DNA from: Gammaproteobacteria bacterium
GTDB lineage: Bacteria; Pseudomonadota; Gammaproteobacteria; Pseudomonadales; JANQJO01
Assembly (NCBI GenBank): GCA_037380725.1
Contig: JARRRL010000047.1
Span: 1-55,887, forward strand
DNA length: 55,887 bases
Reading direction: 5' to 3'
Shown: in pieces, positions 9,253 to 18,127 of the stretch
How positions within the stretch are numbered: position 1 is the stretch's first letter
Layout: every line of letters starts with the position of its first letter
Made by a program: the position numbers and the translations under genes
The notes under the pieces: model-generated
Databases searched by the model: none
What the model was told of the DNA's origin: nothing
What the model saw: the letters and a program-made list of their open reading frames with translations, nothing else

Positions 9253-9278
9253 CATTCCCACGCGGGAGCGTGGGAACG
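9253..9278. repeat. REP-like palindromic element, copy 2, inverted relative to copy 1
   Basis: CATTCCCACGC-GGGA-GCGTGGGAACG. It is the reverse complement of copy 1, including the flanking GTATGC, and lies ~135 nt away. This is the arrangement of an inverted REP pair (BIME-like). Confidence 0.7.
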
Positions 9279-9426
9279 AAAGTAAATATAATCTTGAGTA
9301 CCACCACTTACGCGGCAGTGAACTAAAAGCACGTTGACATTTTTGGCTTTATTACTGCCAGTTTATTTAATTTATAAATCGAAGAGACACAATAGATCGC
9401 ACAGGCGATCAAACCACCCCAGACTC

Positions 9427-9927
9427 CTACACCATCACATTTTCATCCGAAATGATCACACCATTCGGATCTGAATAGATAAATTGACCCGGCATCACGT
9501 GTGCTTCCGCAATATAAATCGGGACATTCACTTCACCGGTTCCACGCTTTAAGCTCTTTCGTGGATGCACACCCAACGCTTTCACACCCACATTAATGCT
9601 GGCCATCACCTCAACATCACGCACGCATCCATTCAGCAAAATGCCCGACCAATTATGGTCAGCCGCCATTTGCGCTAAGCGATCTCCCAGCATCGCACAA
9701 CGGTGTGACCCGCCACCATCCACCACCAACACACGACCACGACCCGCTTGACTCAACTGTTCTTTAACCAAAGAATTGTCTTCAAAACATTTAACCGTGA
9801 CCACTTCCCCAAAAAACCACAAGCACGATCCATAATCTGAAAAAATCGGTGCTAACACATGCACGGACGGATGCGCATCACACAAATCAGGTGTCGAGAA
9901 TTTTTGCTCCGAGCGTTCCGGTTCCAT
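9427..9927 (-). CDS. rraA: ribonuclease E activity regulator RraA (RraA / HMG aldolase family)
   Basis: 166 aa: ...TPDLCDAHPSVHVLAPIFSDYG...GRGRVLVVDGGGSHRCAMLGDRLAQMAADHNWSGILLNGCVRDV...ALGVHPRKS.... These are typical RraA family motifs along the full length. Confidence 0.85.
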   Translation of the reverse strand: MEPERSEQKFSTPDLCDAHPSVHVLAPIFSDYGSCLWFFGEVVTVKCFEDNSLVKEQLSQAGRGRVLVVDGGGSHRCAMLGDRLAQMAADHNWSGILLNGCVRDVEVMASINVGVKALGVHPRKSLKRGTGEVNVPIYIAEAHVMPGQFIYSDPNGVIISDENVMV

Positions 9928-9973
9928 CGTTTCACTCCTAGCGTTTCACGTGTTCAAAACAGCACAAACCGCT

Positions 9974-12094
9974 TCATCCACAAAAGCCATCGCTGTCTGT
10001 GTCGACACAAAAGAAACGAAAGTGCCCTGCTGCTTGACCCAAAATTTTGTCCCGACGATTAACATAATAACTTTGAATATTAATGCGACAGCCCACATCA
10101 CTCGCATCGATCCCCAGCGCTGCCGCACACGCGTTCACGTCACAATCCACCGTGGGAATAAAACTACTGACCGAATACAATCGCCCACTGGGAACCGATT
10201 CGCACTCACTGGCTGGGGAAATCGTACTGGCCGTTAAATCCACGTGAGAAAATTCATACGTGTATTTAACCCGCGCGTGACTGCTCGCCAAACTTGAACT
10301 GACGGCTGTGTTCGCCGGATCCATAATGATCGCTGTTTTCATCTCCGATGGCGAGGTCCACTGATACAAAGGACGCGCCACACTCACCACCGTTGGATTC
10401 GCTGAATCAGCCGATCCCGTCACGAATGTTCCATCCACCAACACCTGACTCGACGCCTCTGGAATGCGAGGATGATTACGCACAATCGCACGCGTTCGCG
10501 TCGATCCATCGTTGAAATTCACCGTAATGGTGTACGTCACCGCCATCCCCAAGGTCACACACACACCCGAATCATTACTAATATAACGATTGTCTCCTGA
10601 CGAGTACGAGAGCGTTTCCGTGCCATCACCACCCAATGCGCTCGTATCCGTCGACGTTACCACCACACTGGTCACGGTTTTGGTGCCCGGGTAAACGCCA
10701 ATATCCGCCATAAAATGACCTTCACCACTGCCTTCATCACAACCGAAGCCGCTGTTGTGATAAATTTGAAAGCCGGAAACACGCGCTTGGGCAAAACTCG
10801 TATCACCTAATAATTCCCCGATAAAACCATACAAGTCCAATTGCGAATCAAAGGCGCAGTTGTTACTGCCCAATACCTGTATGAACACCGCCACTTGATC
10901 CATGCTTAAGGCCGTATCCGCGCCAAAACGGTTTGCGCTCAAACTCCGTTTCGCCATCAATCCCAGTAAATCGTCATTACTGATTCGGGTCACACGATCG
11001 GCAGAAACGCCAATATTATCCGATACATTCGTCAACATGCTGTTGAATTCCGCGATGACGGTATCCGCCACTAACGGCGTACCCATATAATGGTTATTGT
11101 ACGCCTCAATTACGCTGGATACCGTTGCTGTTGTACCATTTTTAAACGCCTCTGTGAATGCATCCGCAATCGGTTGTGGAAAATTGTATTGACCACCTTG
11201 ATTACAACTCTCGCTGACCAAACGCGTCAGATAACCACTGACTTCATCGGAACTGGCATCAGCCCCTTGCATCGCCAAGGCGTAATACTCACTTTCCAAT
11301 GACGCCACTTTGAACGCCTTTTCCGCGTTCCCACCAGCGGCAGCCACCCCATTCGCCGCCGCCAGCAGCGCATTTTGATTGCCAGAACCATTCGCTGAAG
11401 GGATGCTAATTTTGCCACCATCCACCAAATCAGCCGCATCTTGTAGCACCAATTCTCGCGTACTTTCCACCACGCCAGCGCTGGGCACAGGTGGCGCGGC
11501 ATCTCCCGGTACTTCACGAACATCGGATAAAATTTTTGCCGCCAAATCGGTTTCCGGCGACACATTCACCGTCACGTCTCCTCGTGGTGCAACAGGAGAC
11601 GTTAACGTTAAATCACCCTTGCTCACACGTATTTCATAATAATAATCACTGTCCTGCCCAGCCTCTTCTGGTGCCAAGGGCACATCATTTATCGAAAAAG
11701 CGCCACTGGCGTCTGTCATTACCGTTCCTATATCTATGGCTTCCGCCGATGCGTCACCACCGGCAATACGATACAACGACACCGTCGCATTAGGTAAAAC
11801 CATATTCGTGAGCGCCCCAGTGGTTTGCGCGGCCTCCGCCTTTTGCACTGGCCACAAACCCGCCACCCAATCTTGTACCGTTTCCCAACGCGTCGCAAGC
11901 GCAGACACATCCTCACCATTGGCGACCACAGCCCCCGACAGCGTCGCCACAGTTGCGCTTGTCGCGTTATCTGAACTGTCTGTGCTATCTGTGCTTTCTG
12001 AACTGCTTGTCCCCCCGCCTCCACATGCAGTCAGTAGCGCAAACACCACACTCAACGATAACACGCGACAACTTGGGCGCCGCCGGTTTGCCAT
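9974..12094 (-). CDS. large orphan lipoprotein with a carboxypeptidase-regulatory-like (Ig-like) module
   Basis: The likely start is ATG 12094 (MANRRRPSCRVLSLSVVFALLTAC/GGGGTSS), giving a signal peptide and lipobox. There is a Ser/Thr/Asp-rich linker. The segment VSLYRIAGGDASAEAIDIGTVMTDASGAFSINDV resembles CarboxypepD_reg modules. The track ORF extends to 12346 through the upstream tandem repeats, which I consider non-coding. Confidence 0.7.
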   Translation of the reverse strand: MANRRRPSCRVLSLSVVFALLTACGGGGTSSSESTDSTDSSDNATSATVATLSGAVVANGEDVSALATRWETVQDWVAGLWPVQKAEAAQTTGALTNMVLPNATVSLYRIAGGDASAEAIDIGTVMTDASGAFSINDVPLAPEEAGQDSDYYYEIRVSKGDLTLTSPVAPRGDVTVNVSPETDLAAKILSDVREVPGDAAPPVPSAGVVESTRELVLQDAADLVDGGKISIPSANGSGNQNALLAAANGVAAAGGNAEKAFKVASLESEYYALAMQGADASSDEVSGYLTRLVSESCNQGGQYNFPQPIADAFTEAFKNGTTATVSSVIEAYNNHYMGTPLVADTVIAEFNSMLTNVSDNIGVSADRVTRISNDDLLGLMAKRSLSANRFGADTALSMDQVAVFIQVLGSNNCAFDSQLDLYGFIGELLGDTSFAQARVSGFQIYHNSGFGCDEGSGEGHFMADIGVYPGTKTVTSVVVTSTDTSALGGDGTETLSYSSGDNRYISNDSGVCVTLGMAVTYTITVNFNDGSTRTRAIVRNHPRIPEASSQVLVDGTFVTGSADSANPTVVSVARPLYQWTSPSEMKTAIIMDPANTAVSSSLASSHARVKYTYEFSHVDLTASTISPASECESVPSGRLYSVSSFIPTVDCDVNACAAALGIDASDVGCRINIQSYYVNRRDKILGQAAGHFRFFCVDTDSDGFCG

Positions 12095-12095
12095 G

Positions 12096-12155
12096 CCTCT
12101 ATTTAATGTGCCACTATTTAATGTGCCACTATTTAATGTGTCACTATTTACTGTG
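12096..12155. repeat. four tandem 15-nt units (CCACTATTTAATGTG-like) abutting the lipoprotein start codon
   Basis: The units are 12096..12110 cctctatttaatgtg, 12111..12125 and 12126..12140 ccactatttaatgtg (identical), and 12141..12155 tcactatttactgtg. On the coding (minus) strand the last unit supplies AGAGG 2 nt before the ATG. Confidence 0.85.
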
Positions 12156-12458
12156 GCACAATCACCGTTGATAGTCAGCGGGTTCACAATCATGATATCC
12201 TCCTGGACACAGCGAAACGCGCAAACGCAAAAAGCAAAATGGAAGCAATACTGTGTCAAAATGATTGTCCAAAAGATGGCATTCAGACAACCGGTAAACA
12301 AAACAAGAAACGCTCCATCAGAATAGCATTTTTTAACTGCTACCACTGACCTTCGGACTGCATCACATTTTCAGTATACGTCTTTGATTGAGTCACCTTT
12401 ATTCTTGTCCTATTGAGTTTTAATTTGAGCAATCACTGAACGACGGGAGAACCGACTC

Positions 12459-13271
12459 ATGCACTTTCGAAACTGGCTTTCATTCATTACCTTGATCGCC
12501 GCCATGACGCTTTCATCGCCAGCGCTTTCTTTCGGCCCAGACGGACACCGTATTGTCGCGCAGCTTGCTGAAAAACATCTTACGCCACGCGCTCAAAGCG
12601 CCATACTCAAAATAACCAAAGGCAAACACCTGGCTCGGCTGGCGACGTGGCCAGATCGAATACGCTCACGATCAGCCTGGAAACACACCAAACCGTGGCA
12701 TTACCTATCGATCGATGACGACGAGTCTTTCAATGACTATTCACACAGCAAAGATGGCGATATTCTCGTGGCGCTTGCACACTTTGAGCAGGTGCTCATG
12801 GACAAAAAAACCAGCCCTAAAAAAATGTGGCAAGCCCTAGCCTTTTACACTCACTTCGTTGGGGATATTCACCAACCCTTGCACGTGGGTCGCCGCGACG
12901 ATTATGGCGGGAACAGCATCCACGTTAAGTGGTTCAATAAAAGAACAAATTTACATGCCGTTTGGGACAGTAAACTCATCGATTACGCGTCATTAACCGT
13001 TAAAGAATATGTGACCTTCTTGGATAAGCGCTCGGAAACCCAAATCAAAACCTGGCAAAACAGTACGTACCTCGATTGGGCAAAAGAATCCAAGTGCCTG
13101 CGTCACAGCGTGTACGAGTGGGATAAGCCCACCAATAAGCGCCTTTCTTCTAAGCATCACATTCCCAATTTGTCTCACCGCTACGCCGATCAACACAAAA
13201 AATTGATCGACGAGCAACTGGCTAAAGGCGGGATTCGCTTAGCGGGAAAATTGAATCAGATTTTTCAATAA
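12459..13271 (+). CDS. secreted S1/P1-family nuclease
   Basis: 270 aa with a signal peptide (ITLIAAMTLSSPALS/F). S1/P1 landmarks are present: FGPDGHRIVA, WHYLSIDD, HFVGDIHQPLHVG, GGNSIHV and HAVWDS. Confidence 0.85.
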   Translation: MHFRNWLSFITLIAAMTLSSPALSFGPDGHRIVAQLAEKHLTPRAQSAILKITKGKHLARLATWPDRIRSRSAWKHTKPWHYLSIDDDESFNDYSHSKDGDILVALAHFEQVLMDKKTSPKKMWQALAFYTHFVGDIHQPLHVGRRDDYGGNSIHVKWFNKRTNLHAVWDSKLIDYASLTVKEYVTFLDKRSETQIKTWQNSTYLDWAKESKCLRHSVYEWDKPTNKRLSSKHHIPNLSHRYADQHKKLIDEQLAKGGIRLAGKLNQIFQ

Positions 13272-13310
13272 CAGATATAAGTACAGACGATTATCAAGAA
13301 AAAATGACCA

Positions 13311-14369
13311 TCAGCACGAGGACAGTGCCACACCTTGTCGCCGGGCGCGCGCACTCAAATCCCTGAGCAAATGGTCAATCTGTACTCGCCTTTGCGCTTG
13401 TGGCAACAATGGAAACAATGCACCATCAAAAGCATTATGTGAAATCAGACTTTGTACGTCTTCCGAAAGCGTTTGCCATTCTGCACTGTTCGCAATCAAC
13501 AAAACACGATCCAATGCCACAGTATGCCGATGCGCAAGCGCATCCAGTACATCGGGTGCACGGCGTTCGCTTTCCGCTAGCCTTTTCAAGGCGTCAAATT
13601 GCACAGCAGGCTGTGAAATTGCACTTAATAACGCTTCTCTAATTTCAGGACGGCGCGGCAGCTTGCCATCCACGTAAGTATTTGGATGCTGTGCAATAAG
13701 ATGAATGATATCCGTTCGACCCTGGAACAACGCATTTCGAATAACCGAATAATCATCCACACTGGGATCAAGGCGTCGGTCACTTAACAAAACACGCACC
13801 GTTTTATCGTGACCTCGATACACAGCATCTCGTAGCGCCTTATGATTATCTTCCGTGGGATCAACACGAGGATCCTGCAGCAACAGCGCAACAATTTCGC
13901 TGTATCCCTTCCTCGAGGCGTCTTGAATGTTCACGTTATCACCCGCCCCAGGGTTGGCGCGCCCATCTTTCAATAACAAGGCTACGATCTCAGTATTCCC
14001 CCTTAACACGGCGGAATAAAGACCCTCGCTGTGATTAACACTCGGATCAACACCCCCTTGCGAAATCATAAGATCCACAAGGTCTACACGACCGAGCTGA
14101 CAAGCCTTCAAAAACACGCTGAGCGCTTGCTGATTCTCACGCGGAGGCGCAAACAAGTGGGTATGAGTCGTCGGTCCCCTCAGATCATACCCGCACTGAT
14201 CGACGCACAAACGCTGAACCACATCAGTCACGTTGGCAAACGCGGCTTCATTTCGATTTTCGAAAAGCCATGACGAGGTATTCTGATTTTGTGTAGGAGT
14301 GGAAACAGGGCATTCGGAAACAGAAACCGGAAACAAAACTCGTTGAAGTTCTGCATCAAAAGAATTCAT
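13311..14369 (-). CDS. ankyrin-repeat protein (eukaryote-like, no signal peptide)
   Basis: 352 aa with 4-5 consecutive ~33-aa ankyrin-type repeats (LKACQLGRVDLVDLMISQGGVDPSV; LYSAVLRGNTEIVALLLKDGRANPG; ASRKGYSEIVALLLQDPRVDPT; LRDAVYRGHDKTVRVLLSDRRLDPS; IRNALFQGRTDIIHLIAQHP). Confidence 0.8.
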   Translation of the reverse strand: MNSFDAELQRVLFPVSVSECPVSTPTQNQNTSSWLFENRNEAAFANVTDVVQRLCVDQCGYDLRGPTTHTHLFAPPRENQQALSVFLKACQLGRVDLVDLMISQGGVDPSVNHSEGLYSAVLRGNTEIVALLLKDGRANPGAGDNVNIQDASRKGYSEIVALLLQDPRVDPTEDNHKALRDAVYRGHDKTVRVLLSDRRLDPSVDDYSVIRNALFQGRTDIIHLIAQHPNTYVDGKLPRRPEIREALLSAISQPAVQFDALKRLAESERRAPDVLDALAHRHTVALDRVLLIANSAEWQTLSEDVQSLISHNAFDGALFPLLPQAQRRVQIDHLLRDLSARARRQGVALSSC

Positions 14370-14377
14370 TTAAATTC

Positions 14378-14456
14378 CACGTTACAAGCCACGTTACAGG
14401 TAGCATTCGCAAGAACATAATTTGCGAGAACATAATTTGCAACAGAACAGCATAAT
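14378..14456. repeat. two different tandem duplications directly upstream of the ankyrin gene
   Basis: The first is a 12-nt pair: cacgttacaagc (14378..14389) and cacgttacaggt (14390..14401). The second is a 15-nt pair, gcaagaacataattt (14409..14423) and gcgagaacataattt (14424..14438), followed by a degenerate third unit. Confidence 0.8.
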
Positions 14457-14468
14457 CGATAAAAATTA

Positions 14469-15152
14469 TCAATAATACGCATTCTCTTTCACACTGTGGT
14501 CCGTCGCATCCCGCACCCGTTTAATCTCCGGTACCTGTTCCAACAGCGTTTTTTCAACACCTTGCTTTAGCGTCAAATCCACAGCCGCACAACCTTGACA
14601 TCCGCCACCAAACTGCAGCACCGCCGTTGTGCCTTCATCCACCAATTCCACCAGAGAAACCATACCGCCATGCGAGGCCAGAGAAGGATTGATTTCTGAA
14701 TAAAGCACATGATTGACACGCTCTTCCGTCGAGGCATGCTCACCAAGCTGCGGCACCTTACTCTTTGGTGCACGAAAAGTCAATTGTCCACCCATGCGTT
14801 CTTTGGCGTAATCCACCACCGCATCTTCCAAATACAAGAGACTGGCTTTTTCTATCCAAGCGGTTAAACCTACGGGCAAGGATAAAACACAATCGTCTTC
14901 CGCCGCTTCACCCTCAGCACAATAAGCCATACAACATTCAGCATAAGGCGTACCGGGACGCTCAACAAAAATTCGAATTCCCATATTGGACTTGTTTTGT
15001 TTTTCCAAAAGCTCGCTCAAATAATGTTGCGCTGATTCAGTAATCACAAGGTTGGTCGGCATCACATCAGCAGTCGCTCCTTCCTCCACACGCAGGTCTT
15101 TTACGTCTTTCGCTTCGACACACTCAGCTTCGGTACGGTTATGCTCTGACAC
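14469..15152 (-). CDS. nfuA: Fe-S cluster biogenesis protein NfuA
   Basis: ...[44 protein letters not shown]... (degenerate IscA-like N-domain), followed by ...[17 protein letters not shown]...[22 protein letters not shown] (Nfu domain with CxxC). The GTG start at 15152 has GGAG 6 nt upstream. An alternative ATG at 15062 would give an E. coli-like length. Confidence 0.85.
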   Translation of the reverse strand: MSEHNRTEAECVEAKDVKDLRVEEGATADVMPTNLVITESAQHYLSELLEKQNKSNMGIRIFVERPGTPYAECCMAYCAEGEAAEDDCVLSLPVGLTAWIEKASLLYLEDAVVDYAKERMGGQLTFRAPKSKVPQLGEHASTEERVNHVLYSEINPSLASHGGMVSLVELVDEGTTAVLQFGGGCQGCAAVDLTLKQGVEKTLLEQVPEIKRVRDATDHSVKENAYY

Positions 15153-15671
15153 GGTTCACTCCATTCATAAAAGTTTACAACATAAAAATATGTAATCGAA
15201 TTTTATAGCCAGCTCTTCAACACACTTTCAGGTCAACCAGTACACCAGCCGGTTATAGGTTACCACGCTCATTGAGAAAGAACACATCGTTGTGCACGAG
15301 CACAGTATACCGGGTCTTATCGCACAAAGAACCCTCATCCCCATGAGCTGTGCTGCCCTTTTGGAACACAATCACACGAACAACTTCACGCACAACGTGT
15401 ACAAGTTGTTACGCAGAAAACGCTGCCATCACACAATATTACTGAAAGGGAATAGCAGGACTCTCGGTAGCTCTTATATCTTCATAAGTACAACGAAGGG
15501 AACGCCAATGACAGCGTCATGCCGTCCAGGGGTTCAGAGAAGGTCAGTTTGGGTGGGCTGCCGCGTCTCAAGTCACCGAGCCGCTATAACCGGAAAAAAT
15601 CATGAAAATCTATAGCTTGAGCTTCTTCACGATCAAGTATTTGCCTTCGTTCTATTTGGAGAGTTTAGGCC

Positions 15672-17954
15672 ATGTTATTACCACCACATGACACATCGAT
15701 TAAAAGAGCAAACACACAAGCACCGCGCCTACTCATCACCGTGGCTGCCGCCGCCGTCATCACCTCAGCCTGTGCACCTATGCCCGCTGACCAAACTCGC
15801 AGCGTCAATTCCACGTATCAACGCATAACGAACTACATTTCTACTGGAAAACCCAGCAAAACCACTCCAACTTCAATCTCATTAGCCGATCAGCAAGACG
15901 ACGCCAACAAGCAACAAAAGAAAAGGGGTGGATTTTGGCCATTCTATCGCGCTGAGAGTGATACGAAAGCATCCCCCACGACCGCAGCAACGTTAACCGA
16001 GACCCAAGCCCCTTTCAGCAGTAGCACACAGGCTGAACGCGCTGCGCAACCAAGTGCGAGCACCGTAAGCACAACAACGCCCACGACTGAAACAGCTCAA
16101 AGCAGCAATAACAGCAGCAATAACAGTACCTTTCTCTCTTTTTTGCAAGATAAGACCGGTATTGGCATCTCTCCGGGCCATGACAGTGGGGGCAATCAGC
16201 AAAACGACAGCCCAAGCACTGCCTCAGCGACTGCGTGGCCACCAAAAAAACACGCCAGCACAAGCGAAATGCCCGTAAACAATCCGCTGATCGATACGGC
16301 CCAGCAATTACGAGGCATGCCAGTCAATACGTCCATTGCCGATCTCTACAGTGGACGCTTCCATCCCAAACAACCTGATCTTGAAAATGATACGATTTCA
16401 GAAAACAGTCGATCCGGTTTTGCTAAGTTGTGGGATCGGTTTACCCATGTTTTCAGTAACGAAGATGACCAGAATGAAGTCGCCCCCCCTCTGAGCCCTG
16501 AGATCAGCAAAAACACCACACAAGCCAGCCCAGTAGCCATCGTTACTCCGCAGAGTGCTTCGTCCCAAAAAAGTACTCCGCCACAGAAAAGTACCCCAGC
16601 ACAGAAAAGTACTCCAGTACAGAAAAGTACCCCAACCCAGGAGAGCACTTCGCCTCAATCAACACAATCCAATCCTGTAGCAGAACAAGCGAACCTTGAC
16701 ACCCAAAACACCCTGCTTACCAAGGCGCCGTCGATATCAACCAATTCCATGCCCACGACCACGCCAACAATGGTATCGCCGCCCTCCCCCACCCCAGCGA
16801 ACCCCACGCCGAGCCCGATAAACCACCCAACAAGCGCTGACCTCAAAACGAACAACGCGATATCGATCGCGCTAAAAAACAATCCCATTATGATTACGGC
16901 ATTGGACTTAACCGTCACCGACTTGAACGCCAACAACGATGACGGCGCCAGCACCATGAACGAACGCACCCTAGCGCTCATCACGAAAGGCGCCATTGAT
17001 GACACCGATCTCTATGACTTTGTGTCCCCAGCTAACGCCGAAACACTGAAAGCGCCCAACACATTGAGCGCGACAATGCAAAACCCACTCTCAAAACCCA
17101 TGACGCTGTTGCACCACATTATTATTCGCCAAGACACCAATTGGGATCAACAATACACCGCCCACACGACACCACAAGCGGTATTATTAATGAAACTCAA
17201 GGACAATGAGACAGGCGTTCACCTGACCGACACGCGGCGTACCATTGCGCTAACACCAGAACAAACCCGCTCCATTCAGAGCATGAAAAAAGCCATTACG
17301 CCCTTGATCACAGAAATGCTATCAGAATTAGCCATCAGCGCATACGCATCCCTTGAGCGTAATGAGCCCTCCGCCAATGCCTATGACAATGCTTATGACA
17401 ATACGAACGACAACAGCTACTATTCACCGAACAGTGCTCAGCATCCCAGTAAGCAGAGCCTCAACGAGGACACCACGTATTCCCACGTTCTGGATCTATC
17501 GGACGCCGCACTCAAAAACCAAAGCAATTCGGACTCCTCGCGATTTCAAGTGATTGCAGTCACACCGACCACAAGCACCCGACCTGAGCCCACTTCGGAT
17601 TCGCCTACTCAGTCTTCTTCTACTCAAGGTTCCCCTTCTCAAGGTTCCCCTTCTCAAGGTTCCCCTTCTCAACAAAAGCTTGCCACATCAAGCTTGTTTT
17701 ACAGCATTCAAATCCAGCACTCATCGACGTTGGCATACTTAAAAGATTACGTGCGTAATCTGTCCCTGGATAGCGATGAAATTCAAATTGTTCGCCAAAA
17801 GGCGGGTAAGCACATACGATATATCGCAATTTACGGTCACTTCGACTCCGCTGGCGACGCCCAATCCTCCTTACATCTTCTACCCGAAGACGTGTTATCA
17901 GAAGGCGCATTTGTACGTCGCATCAACTTAAGCCACCCACTCAGTGCGGGCTAG
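15672..17954 (+). CDS. low-complexity lipoprotein with a C-terminal SPOR-like (septal peptidoglycan-binding) domain
   Basis: 760 aa. GGAGAG lies 8 nt before the ATG, and there is a lipobox (LITVAAAAVITSAC). Long Ser/Thr/Pro/Gln-rich tracts carry tandem repeats. The C-terminus FYSIQIQHSSTLAYLKDYVRNL...IRYIAIYGHFDSAGDAQSSLHLLPEDV...AFVRRI is SPOR-like (DamX/FtsN type). Confidence 0.7.
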   Translation: MLLPPHDTSIKRANTQAPRLLITVAAAAVITSACAPMPADQTRSVNSTYQRITNYISTGKPSKTTPTSISLADQQDDANKQQKKRGGFWPFYRAESDTKASPTTAATLTETQAPFSSSTQAERAAQPSASTVSTTTPTTETAQSSNNSSNNSTFLSFLQDKTGIGISPGHDSGGNQQNDSPSTASATAWPPKKHASTSEMPVNNPLIDTAQQLRGMPVNTSIADLYSGRFHPKQPDLENDTISENSRSGFAKLWDRFTHVFSNEDDQNEVAPPLSPEISKNTTQASPVAIVTPQSASSQKSTPPQKSTPAQKSTPVQKSTPTQESTSPQSTQSNPVAEQANLDTQNTLLTKAPSISTNSMPTTTPTMVSPPSPTPANPTPSPINHPTSADLKTNNAISIALKNNPIMITALDLTVTDLNANNDDGASTMNERTLALITKGAIDDTDLYDFVSPANAETLKAPNTLSATMQNPLSKPMTLLHHIIIRQDTNWDQQYTAHTTPQAVLLMKLKDNETGVHLTDTRRTIALTPEQTRSIQSMKKAITPLITEMLSELAISAYASLERNEPSANAYDNAYDNTNDNSYYSPNSAQHPSKQSLNEDTTYSHVLDLSDAALKNQSNSDSSRFQVIAVTPTTSTRPEPTSDSPTQSSSTQGSPSQGSPSQGSPSQQKLATSSLFYSIQIQHSSTLAYLKDYVRNLSLDSDEIQIVRQKAGKHIRYIAIYGHFDSAGDAQSSLHLLPEDVLSEGAFVRRINLSHPLSAG
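16566..16655 (+). repeat. in-frame 18-nt tandem repeat x5 (QKSTPx hexapeptides) inside the SPOR lipoprotein gene
   Basis: The sequence caaaaaagtactccgcca / cagaaaagtaccccagca / cagaaaagtactccagta / cagaaaagtaccccaacc / caggagagcacttcgcct encodes QKSTPP QKSTPA QKSTPV QKSTPT QESTSP. Confidence 0.85.
17625..17669 (+). repeat. three perfect 15-nt tandem copies (caaggttccccttct; QGSPS x3) inside the SPOR lipoprotein gene
   Basis: Read directly: 17625..17639, 17640..17654 and 17655..17669 are identical. Confidence 0.9.
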
Positions 17955-18127
17955 ATCGTTTGGTAGAATCACACCATTGCTCAGGTCTTGAACTAAAATA
18001 ATTGGGATGGCCAACAAACCAGCGCGCCACAGGCTTTCGCACACCAAATGGGCTTTTACACGTCATTCTTCACAGTGCTATCACAGCGCTTGAAAGGTTG
18101 AAAATAACGAAAACACAAAGGTTTGCT

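Noticed and set aside
9313-9323. CGGCAGTGAAC is the reverse complement of GTTCACTGCCG, which is the first 11 nt of the type I-F CRISPR repeat consensus. It lies near the REP pair.
   Set aside because: Only 11 nt match and the adjacent bases do not continue the 28-nt repeat. I found no second copy at spacer distance, and no cas genes are in the window. It is most likely a coincidence.
12095-12346. An upstream extension of the lipoprotein ORF that would translate the 15-nt repeats as TLNSG pentapeptides.
   Set aside because: The extended N-terminus has no plausible signal sequence and is Cys/Phe-rich. The ATG at 12094 gives a basic n-region, a hydrophobic core and an LTAC lipobox.
15153-15671. 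A long (~520 nt) nfuA / SPOR-gene intergenic region with GGGAA- and GCTGCC-containing stretches looked vaguely like a cobalamin or other riboswitch. It also contains a 107-aa track ORF (15292..15615).
   Set aside because: I could not find a B12 box or any complete riboswitch core. The ORF has a GTG start without an RBS and a non-protein-like composition. A covariance-model scan (Infernal/Rfam) would be needed, so I make no call.
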